A stretch of 64,000 nucleotides of DNA from Chlamydia trachomatis (GTDB taxonomy: Bacteria; Chlamydiota; Chlamydiia; Chlamydiales; 2-12-FULL-49-11): contig CAMAXK010000006.1 of NCBI GenBank assembly GCA_945862365.1, forward strand, positions 5,146 through 69,145, given 5' to 3'. Position numbers and translations under genes: made by a program. Position 1 is the first letter of the stretch; each line of letters opens with the position of its first letter. The notes beneath the pieces were generated by a model. That model made no database searches and had not been told where the DNA came from. It saw nothing but the letters and a program-made list of their open reading frames with translations. Shown piece by piece: positions 1-8,816 of this stretch.

Positions 1-748
1 GAAATTCTTTAGGATTAAAAATACCTACTTCTAAAATCTCAAAAGTCTTTTCAGTAGCAAGAAATTTTATGACATCGCCTTTTTTCAAAGATCCAGACAT
101 CACACGAACGTAGGTGTAAATACCTCGGTAAACATCGTAATGAGAATCAAAAACTAGCGCTTTTGTTTTAGTTTCAGTTGTTTGTTTAGGTGGGGGTAAC
201 GAGTAAACAATTTCTTCTAAAATATCAGCTATACCCAAACCTGTTTTTGCCGATGCTAAAATGGCATTACTTGCGTCAATACCAAGCATATCTTTAATTT
301 GTGCTTTTACGGCCTCAGGATCGGCAGCAGGAAGATCAACTTTATTTAATACTGTTAAAATCTCTAGACCGCGCTCTTTGGCTAAATTCATATTTGCCAC
401 CGTCTGAGCTTGTACCCCTTGTGCTGCATCTACAATTAAAATTGCACCTTCACAAGCAGCAAGAGATCTTGATACCTCGTAGGAAAAATCCACATGACCA
501 GGTGTATCAATAAAGTTCATTTGATAAGTGTTACCGTCAGAGCATTTGTAGGTCATTGTGACGGGATGAGCTTTGATGGTGATACCACGTTCTTGTTCAA
601 GATCCATATCGTCGAGAAATTGAGCTTTTAAATCACGTTTGTCAATGGTACCTGTAATTTCAAGCAAACGATCTGAAATGGTAGATTTACCATGATCAAT
701 ATGCGCTATAATGGAAAAGTTTCTAATCTTGCTTTGGTCTATAGTCAT
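1..748 (-). CDS. lepA: Elongation factor 4 (LepA), 5' part; runs off the left window edge
   Basis: Not in the ORF track. Manual minus-strand translation from ATG at 748 gives [33 protein letters not shown]...[13 protein letters not shown]...[39 protein letters not shown]. Confidence 0.97.
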   Translation of the reverse strand, partial: MTIDQSKIRNFSIIAHIDHGKSTISDRLLEITGTIDKRDLKAQFLDDMDLEQERGITIKAHPVTMTYKCSDGNTYQMNFIDTPGHVDFSYEVSRSLAACEGAILIVDAAQGVQAQTVANMNLAKERGLEILTVLNKVDLPAADPEAVKAQIKDMLGIDASNAILASAKTGLGIADILEEIVYSLPPPKQTTETKTKALVFDSHYDVYRGIYTYVRVMSGSLKKGDVIKFLATEKTFEILEVGIFNPKEF

Positions 749-840
749 GGAAAGAAGTATAGTGAATCAGGTTTTAAATTTCCACCTCAAATTTTTTTCA
801 AACGTTCATCGGGAAATAGAAAATAATCCAACAAAGGCGC

Positions 841-1021
841 CATTACTAGATGTGGTTGTATGTGTACTTTTTGAACCACTCGCAAGCAAAGCTTGCTAGA
901 GATCACAGAGAACACAGAGAAATGCATTAAATTTATACTGATTTTTGAATAATTCAAAGGATTTTCTCTGTGATCTCTGTGATCTCTAGTGAGCAAAGCG
1001 AGCGGGTGGTTAAAATACTGC
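841..1021. repeat. 181-bp direct repeat copy 1, containing a 138-bp palindromic MITE/REP-like element (874-1011)
   Basis: Near-identical to 1099-1279. Inner 27-bp inverted repeat 896-922/963-989 (ctagagatcacagagaacacagagaaa, 1 mismatch). Outer inverted repeat aaccactcgc/gcgggtggtt. Confidence 0.9.
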
Positions 1022-1102
1022 TTTACAAGTGACATGTTTTGCTAAAGATTATTTAGCTGTAACAGGCTCTTGATTTTTTGCATTTGCTATATCACGATCA
1101 TT
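1022..1102 (-). pseudogene. Duplicated, internally deleted fragment of the ntt 3' end
   Basis: 1022-1080 is identical to 1378-1436; 1079-1088 resembles 1441-1450; 1087-1102 is identical to 1491-1506. Confidence 0.85.
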
Positions 1103-1279
1103 ACTAGATGTGGTTGCATTTGTACTTTTTGAACCACCCGCAAACCAAGTTTGCTAGAGATCACAGAGAGCACAGAGAAATGCATTAAATTTTTACAGAT
1201 TTTAAAATCATTCAAAGGATTTTCTCTGTGATCTCTGTGATCTCTAGTGAGCAAAGCGAGCGGGTGGTTAAAATACTGC
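1099..1279. repeat. 181-bp direct repeat copy 2, containing the palindromic element (1132-1269)
   Basis: Perfect 10-bp terminal inverted repeat aaccacccgc...gcgggtggtt and the same inner cacagag-rich stem as copy 1. Confidence 0.9.
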
Positions 1280-1342
1280 AAGAAGGTGATTTGTGTTGAA
1301 TAAAAGACAAGGTTATAGTCTGATTTGAAATCTTTGAAGGAT

Positions 1343-1380
1343 AAAAAAAAGGCGGTGGGATAATCCCACCGCCTTCTTTT
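1343..1380 (-). terminator. Rho-independent terminator downstream of ntt
   Basis: aaaaaaaa-ggcggtggga-taa-tcccaccgcc-ttctttt: perfect GC-rich stem with A and T runs. Confidence 0.9.
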
Positions 1381-1404
1381 ACAAGTGACATGTTTTGCTA
1401 AAGA

Positions 1405-3012
1405 TTATTTAGCTGTAACAGGCTCTTGATTTTTTGAGTTTGCGTTTGCTGCAGTTTCTTTTGCAGTTTCAGCTTCTTCTTTTGCGTTTTCTATATCACG
1501 ATCATTCATAGCTTTTTTGAAATGTTTATCTAAAGCGAATACAGATAGAATCCAAAGCCCAACTATGATAAGAAGTATCACAGATAAGTAAGGAGTCATT
1601 GCAGCAATACTTCCAAGTGATATAATCATGAATTGTTGTATAAATGCACCACCAGATTTACCAAGTCTTGCACCAACTACATCAATTGCAGCTTTTCCTT
1701 TTACTTTTGAATCTTGATCAAGAGGGATGTAAGTCATCTCTTTTGTCGGATCAAATAAGGAATATTTTGTAGCCTTACTTAAAATATTTTGCATTGTACC
1801 AAATAACACTGCAAGAGCTAATGGAGTTGTTCCAAAGCTTGCAATCATACCTGCTATATTTTTGTTGAAAATCATGAATGAGAAGAATAAAGCACCAGTA
1901 ACAAGAATCATTACAGGGGTGCATAGAGCTGAAAATCTCCATCCCATTTTTCTAATTGAGTTACCACCGATAAACAACATCATAAAGATAGTTACAATAC
2001 CTGTATTTGCAGAAAATCCACCCATAAAAGCACTGTATGCATTAGGATCTGGGTAGGCAAGTTTAAGCTGACTCTTCCAAGTCACTTCAACCATATTAAT
2101 ACACATACCATATCCAATTACAACCATTGCGATTAATCCTAAGTATCTTGAAGTCATGATTAACTTAAGACTTTGTCCTAATGTAAGTTTTGGTTTTTCT
2201 TTCTTCATTTTTTTCTGAGCGCTTACATCATAAAAACGTGGATCAGTTAATACATATTTATTAACCCACCAGTAAATTGCAAGTACTGCCACACCTGAAA
2301 GTGCAACCGCTGCAGTTAACCAGTATAATGAAACCTGCCAAGTATCTGCTATACCTGTACCGATAGAACGGTCTGGACGAGATGCCCAAGTAATATAGCT
2401 ACCTGCAAGAATTAATGAGAAGTTTGCGCCAAGGCCAAATAAGCTATAAAATCTTTTTGACTCAGAAACTTTTGTAATATCGTTTGCAAATCCCCAAAAA
2501 AGTAGAGATAAGCACACACTACCCCAAAGCTCAGCCATGATGTAGAATGTTGAATAAGTCCAGTTTCTTAAAATACAAATAAGTCCCATAAATCCAGATG
2601 GAAGGACACTTTGCAACATGTCGCAAAATGCGTTTGGATGTAAGGCCTCTCTATTTGGGTAAAGAACTGTTGAAAACAATGTGAAGTATACAATAAATGG
2701 TACTACAGATGCATAAAACAAGTTCTTTTTTGAAAGAACGTTAGCCATTTTTGAATAAAGAAGCATAAACAAGATAGCTACCGGGAGCACACCATACACC
2801 TTTAAGAAAGGAATGGCTTCAGCACCAGACTTAGGAGCTGTCATGATAAGAGTATCTTTAGTATCTCTTAAAATTGTGTAGTTAAAAAGTATACAAAAGA
2901 AAAGAAAAAGCATTGGTAGCAATTTCTTTAATTCGTAATTATGAATCGGCCATAAGAAAGATCTGATTTTTCCAAATTCAGCCGTATCATCGGTTTTAGT
3001 TTTTGTTGACAT
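1405..3012 (-). CDS. ntt1: Nucleotide transporter of the NTT/Tlc family, probably ATP/ADP translocase
   Basis: 535 aa multi-TM protein; FNYTILRDTKD, AELWGS, FWGFAN, GKSGG motifs; position next to lepA as for C. trachomatis CT065. Confidence 0.93.
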   Translation of the reverse strand: MSTKTKTDDTAEFGKIRSFLWPIHNYELKKLLPMLFLFFCILFNYTILRDTKDTLIMTAPKSGAEAIPFLKVYGVLPVAILFMLLYSKMANVLSKKNLFYASVVPFIVYFTLFSTVLYPNREALHPNAFCDMLQSVLPSGFMGLICILRNWTYSTFYIMAELWGSVCLSLLFWGFANDITKVSESKRFYSLFGLGANFSLILAGSYITWASRPDRSIGTGIADTWQVSLYWLTAAVALSGVAVLAIYWWVNKYVLTDPRFYDVSAQKKMKKEKPKLTLGQSLKLIMTSRYLGLIAMVVIGYGMCINMVEVTWKSQLKLAYPDPNAYSAFMGGFSANTGIVTIFMMLFIGGNSIRKMGWRFSALCTPVMILVTGALFFSFMIFNKNIAGMIASFGTTPLALAVLFGTMQNILSKATKYSLFDPTKEMTYIPLDQDSKVKGKAAIDVVGARLGKSGGAFIQQFMIISLGSIAAMTPYLSVILLIIVGLWILSVFALDKHFKKAMNDRDIENAKEEAETAKETAANANSKNQEPVTAK

Positions 3013-3088
3013 TTTGTTCCTTATATTGAAATTCGTTTTTTCTAATCACTTTATATGATATAGGGGGTCCCATTTTATATTCAAGCAT

Positions 3089-3126
3089 AAAAAAAGCCCC
3101 CCTAGGGGAATAGGGAGGCTTTTTTT
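3089..3126 (-). terminator. Rho-independent terminator after the CT066-like gene
   Basis: aaaaaaa-gcccccct...agggaggc-ttttttt hairpin. Confidence 0.8.
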
Positions 3127-3139
3127 ATGATTGTAAAAT

Positions 3140-3667
3140 TTAATCTTTATCCATAGCCATAAATTGTTTATTAGCATCTTGAATAAATTGATAGCTTTCA
3201 GCAGATTCCTTATAGGCAAACCATAATTCATCTTCCACTAGCCCCTGACGGATAGAGGTCATCAAATTTCTTTTAGCAGTAGCTAAAGAAGTTTTTGGAC
3301 TAAGAAGTGAAATCATTTCTTTATCCCCTGTTTGCTTGGCGATGTTTAACAGTCTTTCTAATTGAATTCTTGTAAACGTCATTTGATCTTTTCTTTTCTT
3401 AGATCCACGAGCAGCACGTTGTTTTGGAGCTACAGCGTTAGGCTTTTTTGGATTTATAATAAATTGTTTAATCAAAGAGCCTAATTCAAAAGGTTGCTTT
3501 AATTTCATTTTTCTTAGCGTAAAGTGGTGCATGTAACCACCTACAGACATAGGTAGAAATCTACATAAATCGTTTTCTTTATCCCCACCAATTTTTTCAA
3601 TAGCAGTTGTTATTACATCTTCAATATCTTCTAGAGATTTACCTTGTTTGTTTTCTTTTTCGTTCAT
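3140..3667 (-). CDS. ddbA: Chlamydia-specific CT066/DdbA-like DNA-binding protein
   Basis: KENDLCRFLP..GGYMHHFTLRKMK and PKQRAARGSKKR motifs; lies between ntt and ytgA as CT066 does. Confidence 0.75.
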   Translation of the reverse strand: MNEKENKQGKSLEDIEDVITTAIEKIGGDKENDLCRFLPMSVGGYMHHFTLRKMKLKQPFELGSLIKQFIINPKKPNAVAPKQRAARGSKKRKDQMTFTRIQLERLLNIAKQTGDKEMISLLSPKTSLATAKRNLMTSIRQGLVEDELWFAYKESAESYQFIQDANKQFMAMDKD

Positions 3668-3779
3668 TTTTATATCACCTAATTTAAATTATTGTACAAT
3701 GATAAAAAGAATCTACTATTGCTTAAATAATAACAAGTTTTTTTCTTCATCTATTCTTCTTACATAAAATCTAAACTTT

Positions 3780-4763
3780 ATGGCATACTTAAGGAGGGCT
3801 TTCAGGATGAGGTTTACCGCCATGAATAAAAATCTATTTTACATTACTTTTTTTTTACTAACGCTAATCATTTTTTCGCATTTTATGCCCAATAAGGAGC
3901 AAAAAGGCGTACTTAAAAGAGAGATTTTATCTACAACAGTGATGATTGATAGCCTGGTTAAGGAGATTGTAAAAAATGAGTTTACTTGTGAATTATTAAT
4001 GGAAGGTGAAATTGACCCCCATTCCTATCAAATGAAAAAAGGGGATAAGGAGAAGATTCAAAGAGCCGCCCTTATTTTTGGCAACGGTCTTTCTTTAGAG
4101 CATAATCCAAGTCTTTTATATCAATTGCAGCAGCAAAAAACAATATTTGTTGGAGATGAAATTCTCAAAAGTCATCCTGAATTAATTATTTCAAAAGAAA
4201 AAGAGGTAGATCCACATATTTGGATGGATTTAAATCTTATGAGTTACGTGGTGGATGAAATTACACTTTCTATTTGTCAGATAGATCCTGAAAATCAAGC
4301 AAAATATATTCAAAATAGTCAGAATTTAAAAGTAAAAATGAGAGCGTTGGATCAAAAAATTATGCAATTAATAGGAAGTATTCCAGATGAAAATCGATAC
4401 CTGGTATCTTCTCACGATGCGTTTAATTATTTTGTACGAAGATATTTTAAAGCAGATAAAGAAGAGCGATTATTTTCTATGCAGGGTTTATCCCCGGAGG
4501 CTGAAATTTCATTGAAAAGAATAGGACTGGTTACCTCATTTATTAAAAAACATAATATTTCTGCGATTTTTTATGAGTCAAATCTTCCCAAAGATGCGTT
4601 AAATAAGGTGATAGAAATTTGCAAAGGATTTAATGTGCAAGTAGTGATTTGTAAAGAACCTCTTTACGGTGATACCTTAGGCGGAATGACTTATTTAGAG
4701 ATGATGGAACACAATGCAGAGGTGATTGCAAAAAATTTGAATAAGGAGAAAAATAATGGATGA
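3780..4763 (+). CDS. ytgA: Metal (Fe/Mn/Zn) ABC transporter substrate-binding protein, TroA/YtgA family
   Basis: DPHSY, DPHIWMD, HDAFNYF, SPEAE motifs; true start may be a downstream ATG. Confidence 0.9.
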   Translation: MAYLRRAFRMRFTAMNKNLFYITFFLLTLIIFSHFMPNKEQKGVLKREILSTTVMIDSLVKEIVKNEFTCELLMEGEIDPHSYQMKKGDKEKIQRAALIFGNGLSLEHNPSLLYQLQQQKTIFVGDEILKSHPELIISKEKEVDPHIWMDLNLMSYVVDEITLSICQIDPENQAKYIQNSQNLKVKMRALDQKIMQLIGSIPDENRYLVSSHDAFNYFVRRYFKADKEERLFSMQGLSPEAEISLKRIGLVTSFIKKHNISAIFYESNLPKDALNKVIEICKGFNVQVVICKEPLYGDTLGGMTYLEMMEHNAEVIAKNLNKEKNNG

Positions 4764-5523
4764 TGAGATCGAAGTGAATTCACTAACCGTTCATTATGAG
4801 ACAGTAGCAGCTCTCATTGATATCAACGTAAAAATTAAAAAGGGGCTCATGACAGCTATTATTGGGCCAAATGGGGCTGGGAAAAGTACGTTTGTGAAGG
4901 CTATCTTGAATTTAACGAAAAAAACAAGTGGGGTTGTTTCATTTTTTGGAAAATCGTTTGAAGAGATGAAAGATAATATTGCCTATGTTTGTCAAACAAA
5001 AGAGATAGATTGGGATTTTCCTATCACCGTACGAGAGGTGATTTTAATGGGAAGTTATGCTAGGTCTCGTCTTTTTGGTAAGTACTGTCAAAAGGATTTA
5101 AAAAAATGTGAGCTGCTCCTTATAAAATTTGGGCTGTTTGATAAACGCAATGCTCTTATTTCTGAGCTCTCAGGAGGGCAAAGGCAAAGATTATTTATTG
5201 CAAGAGCCTACATGCAAGAGGCGCAAATTTATATTTTTGATGAACCGATGGCGTTTGTTGATTTTACCACCTCTGAGATGATTATTGAGAGTATGAAAGA
5301 GTTAAGAGATTCAGGACATACGGTGATTTGTGTGCATCATAATTTAGATGAGGTAAAAAAAGAATTTGATGAAGCAGTACTTTTATCTCACCATCTAGTT
5401 GATGCAGGCCCTGTTCATGATGTCTTACGGAAAAAAAATTTGGTCAATGCTTATCAGGCAAAAGATTCGATTTTAACAGATGCATTTATTCTATCGAAAG
5501 AAAAAGAGTGCGGACTGGTATGA
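4756..5523 (+). CDS. ytgB: Metal ABC transporter ATPase
   Basis: GPNGAGKST, LSGGQRQR, IFDEP. Confidence 0.92.
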   Translation: MDDEIEVNSLTVHYETVAALIDINVKIKKGLMTAIIGPNGAGKSTFVKAILNLTKKTSGVVSFFGKSFEEMKDNIAYVCQTKEIDWDFPITVREVILMGSYARSRLFGKYCQKDLKKCELLLIKFGLFDKRNALISELSGGQRQRLFIARAYMQEAQIYIFDEPMAFVDFTTSEMIIESMKELRDSGHTVICVHHNLDEVKKEFDEAVLLSHHLVDAGPVHDVLRKKNLVNAYQAKDSILTDAFILSKEKECGLV

Positions 5524-6842
5524 TAAAAAACCTTTTTTCTGACTTATACATGCTTTTGACAGATTCTACCTATTCTGTCTCTGTGATAGGGTCTATCCTT
5601 TCATGTATATCTCTTTCATGGATGGGGGTAATCTACTCTCTTCGAAAGAGCGCATTAGTTGGAGAGGTGATTGCTCATAGTGCATTCCCAGGATTAATAC
5701 TTGGTGCTTTTGTAGGAATTTATTTTGGCGCAGATGAGAAGTGGATGTCCATGCTGTTTATTCTAGGGGCGATTACAACCGCTTATTTGTCGATGAAAAA
5801 GCTCACATTTTTGCAAGAAAAATGGCATAAGAGTGCAGATAGCTCCTTGATGATTTCCATTTCTGCTTTTTTAGGCGTTGGGGTTTTACTTGCCTCTATT
5901 ATTCAATCAGTAAACCCTATGGTTTATAAAGATGTGGTCATTTTTTTATATGGACGTACAGCTACCATGCTATATTTTCATCTGGTCATGTATGCAATTG
6001 TTATGGCATTATTACTCATTTTTATCGTTACATCTCATAGACGTATTCAAATTTTTGAGTTTGATAAAACCTTTGCCTCCTTTTTAGGGATTGGAAGGCT
6101 ATTAGATAGTTTTATTTTAATGATGACATTAGTGGTGGTTATTTTAGGGTTAAGAAGCTGTGGGATTTTACTTTTATCAGGAATGATGGCAACTCCTGCC
6201 ATTGCCTCTAGATTTTGGGTAAGAAGAATGTCTTCAATGTTTATTCTTTCATCAATTTTTGCAGCTATTTCTGCTTTAATAGGTGGCTATTTATCCCTTT
6301 ATTTAGGCGGTGAGGGTGTTATTTTACCTACAGGTCCTGTAATTACCATAGTTTCAGCATCCATAACCTTTTTTTCTATTTTAGTGGGTGTTAGAGGTGG
6401 GGTGATTTTAAGAGTGGTAAGAAGGTTGTCATTTGCGATCCGTTGTCATGAAGAAAATATTTTAAAAGCCCTTTATAAGAAAAATGAAAAAATGGCATTT
6501 AAGGAAATTATGGAGTTTCTTCAAACAGGATATCTCCTATTTTTCTTCGTCTTACTGCGCGTGAGGAAAAAAGTAAAAATTTTATACGGATCAAGCTTAG
6601 AGTTAAAAGAAGCAGGGCGTGTCTCTGCCGAGCGCATTATAAGGCTGCATAGACTTTGGGAAGTATATTTATATGAGGTGGGTTTTGCAAAAAGCCGTAT
6701 TCATGTGTTTGCCGAAGAAATAGAACATGTGCTTACAGATGAGATGGAGGAGATGTTACTAAAAAGGCTGGGTAACCCAACCCATTGTCCCCATAAGCAG
6801 AAAATTCCTGCCAAAAAGGAGGTCTCTATTGAACCTGTTTAA
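5520..6842 (+). CDS. ytgC: ABC-3 permease fused to a C-terminal DtxR-type repressor (YtgCR)
   Basis: Permease N-terminus (GEVIAHSAFPG) plus RLHRLWEVYL...AEEIEHVL...PTHCPH DtxR domain; ATG 5520 overlaps the ytgB stop (ATGA). Confidence 0.92.
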   Translation: MIKNLFSDLYMLLTDSTYSVSVIGSILSCISLSWMGVIYSLRKSALVGEVIAHSAFPGLILGAFVGIYFGADEKWMSMLFILGAITTAYLSMKKLTFLQEKWHKSADSSLMISISAFLGVGVLLASIIQSVNPMVYKDVVIFLYGRTATMLYFHLVMYAIVMALLLIFIVTSHRRIQIFEFDKTFASFLGIGRLLDSFILMMTLVVVILGLRSCGILLLSGMMATPAIASRFWVRRMSSMFILSSIFAAISALIGGYLSLYLGGEGVILPTGPVITIVSASITFFSILVGVRGGVILRVVRRLSFAIRCHEENILKALYKKNEKMAFKEIMEFLQTGYLLFFFVLLRVRKKVKILYGSSLELKEAGRVSAERIIRLHRLWEVYLYEVGFAKSRIHVFAEEIEHVLTDEMEEMLLKRLGNPTHCPHKQKIPAKKEVSIEPV

Positions 6843-7707
6843 CCTACTTACTGCTGAAGAAGGGGTCTCTCTCTTACTTTTATTATGTTTTAGCATTTCT
6901 TTATCTCTAATTGGTACGTTTTTATTTTTACAGAAAAAGTCGATGATAGCCAATGCCATTTCTCATACTGTGCTATTTGGTATTGCCCTTTTATTTATTG
7001 GAATGAAGGTTTTTTCTAAAACAGAACATTTTGCCCCTTTATCTTTAAATATGGGGTTATATATTTTAGTTTCAGTGATTACAACTTTTCTCACCATTTT
7101 CTTGATTGAATCGTTAAAAAAATATACGCATATCAATAATGATGCAAGCACAGCAATTGTCTTTTCAACCCTGTTTTCCTTAGGGGCTATTTTAATCACT
7201 CTTTTTACTCGATCATCTCATGTTGGGGTAGATATTATTATGGGAAATCTAGATTTGATTCATACAAATGATCTTATTACCGCAACTTTTGTACTTTTTG
7301 CCTGTGCGGGATTTATTTTTGTCTTTATGAAAGATCTTACGGTTTTTTCTTTTGACCGATCGCTTGCTCATTTTTCAGGAAGATCGATGGGGCTGTTACA
7401 ATTTAGCTTTTTGTTTTTAACAAGCTTAACAATTACCAGTGGATTTCGTTTTATAGGTATTGCCCCTGTTCTAGGATTGATCATCATTCCTCCTGTGTGT
7501 GCTTCTTTGTATAGTAAAAGCATCCCTCAGCTGATTACGTTTTCAATTTATTCCAATATTGCTGTAGGGCTTGTTTCTGTGATGACGACAAAGTTTTTCT
7601 ACCAAAAATATGGCATTGGCCTATCAACATCTGGAATGCTTGTGACGCTACATTTTGCTTTGTTTCTTGCTCTTTTAGTGAAAAAGAAAGTAGAGGCAAG
7701 GGCATGA
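6829..7707 (+). CDS. ytgD: ABC-3 metal permease
   Basis: ANAISHTVLFG motif, multi-TM, operon position. Confidence 0.9.
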   Translation: MNLFNLLTAEEGVSLLLLLCFSISLSLIGTFLFLQKKSMIANAISHTVLFGIALLFIGMKVFSKTEHFAPLSLNMGLYILVSVITTFLTIFLIESLKKYTHINNDASTAIVFSTLFSLGAILITLFTRSSHVGVDIIMGNLDLIHTNDLITATFVLFACAGFIFVFMKDLTVFSFDRSLAHFSGRSMGLLQFSFLFLTSLTITSGFRFIGIAPVLGLIIIPPVCASLYSKSIPQLITFSIYSNIAVGLVSVMTTKFFYQKYGIGLSTSGMLVTLHFALFLALLVKKKVEARA

Positions 7708-8807
7708 AAAATATTGCCATCTTGGGATCTACTGGCTGTGTAGGGAAAAAAACATTAGAGGTGATTAAAACCTTTCCTGAGGAGATGAGAGCCTATGCAA
7801 TAAGCTGTCATAGTAATACAAAGCTCTTTAAGGAGCAGATAAAAGAATTTTCTCCCCATTTAATAGGTGTCACCCACCAAGAAAAAGCCAAAGAATTCCC
7901 TTCGGCTATTTCTATGGAAGAAATAGTCACAGATCCTAAGGTTGATCTTGTTGTGCTTGCAACTGTTGGGTTTAGTTCAGTACCGCTTGCTTTTTTAGCA
8001 GCAAATGCGGGAAAAGAGATCGCTATTGCAACAAAAGAAATTTTAGTGTGCTCTGGAGAGGCGTTTATGTCTCTTTGTAGAGAAAAAAAAGTAAATGTAT
8101 ATACGTTAGATCATGAGCAAAGCGCTCTACAGCAGTGTTTATTAGGAGAAGATGTCAATAGCGTAGAACAATTAATTTTGACAGCATCAGGTGGGGCTTT
8201 CTTTCATCGAGAGCAAGAGGATGACTTTAGTGTATTTGAGGCAATGAGTCATCGAAATCACCGTTGCGGAGAAAAAGTAGCTATTAATTGCTCTACAATG
8301 ATGAATAAAGGGTTAGAGGTCATAGAAGCTTTTCATCTTTTTGGTATCAAAAAAGAACAAATCGATGTTGTAATTCATCCGCAAAGCTTAGTACAAAGTT
8401 TAGTTTCCTTTAACGATGGGGCTTACAAGGCAGTAATTTCCGACCCTGATTTAACCTTTCCTATCCAATATGCCTTGCTTGGAAGAAAAAGAAAAAGGGG
8501 GGCGGGAAAGAAATTGTCATTTAATGAGAGGGTTAACCTTGAATTTTTTCCAAAAGACTTAACAAAATTTCGATGTTTAAAATTATCTTTTGACTCACTA
8601 CAAGCTGGTGGGTGTTATCCAGCCTATTTAAATGCTGCAAATGAAGTATTGGTTGAACGATTTTGTAAAGGTAGTGTAACCTGGAGAGGTATAGGAGAAA
8701 CTTTAGAACAATTATTAAATAGAAATCAGGTTTCAAGTGAGATTTCTTTAGAGGCAGTAATTGAAACAAATAATAAAGCGCGGAAAGATGCGTGGGAAAT
8801 AACGTAA
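7704..8807 (+). CDS. dxr: 1-deoxy-D-xylulose-5-phosphate reductoisomerase, divergent active site
   Basis: ILGSTG, LTASGG, TMMNKGLEVIEA, HPQS, NAANEVLV; same position as CT071. Confidence 0.88.
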   Translation: MKNIAILGSTGCVGKKTLEVIKTFPEEMRAYAISCHSNTKLFKEQIKEFSPHLIGVTHQEKAKEFPSAISMEEIVTDPKVDLVVLATVGFSSVPLAFLAANAGKEIAIATKEILVCSGEAFMSLCREKKVNVYTLDHEQSALQQCLLGEDVNSVEQLILTASGGAFFHREQEDDFSVFEAMSHRNHRCGEKVAINCSTMMNKGLEVIEAFHLFGIKKEQIDVVIHPQSLVQSLVSFNDGAYKAVISDPDLTFPIQYALLGRKRKRGAGKKLSFNERVNLEFFPKDLTKFRCLKLSFDSLQAGGCYPAYLNAANEVLVERFCKGSVTWRGIGETLEQLLNRNQVSSEISLEAVIETNNKARKDAWEIT

Positions 8808-8816
8808 GGGATAGAT

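Noticed and set aside
301-899. Plus-strand ORFs 301-513 and 711-899
   Set aside because: Antisense shadows of lepA and its upstream region
841-1279. CRISPR-like repeat-spacer-repeat
   Set aside because: Repeats are 181 bp, there are only two, no cas genes are present, and the spacer derives from the adjacent gene
787-1281. Two similar minus-strand ORFs (82 and 64 aa, TRDHRDHREN)
   Set aside because: They are translations of the duplicated palindromic element with its 9-bp periodicity; no independent coding evidence
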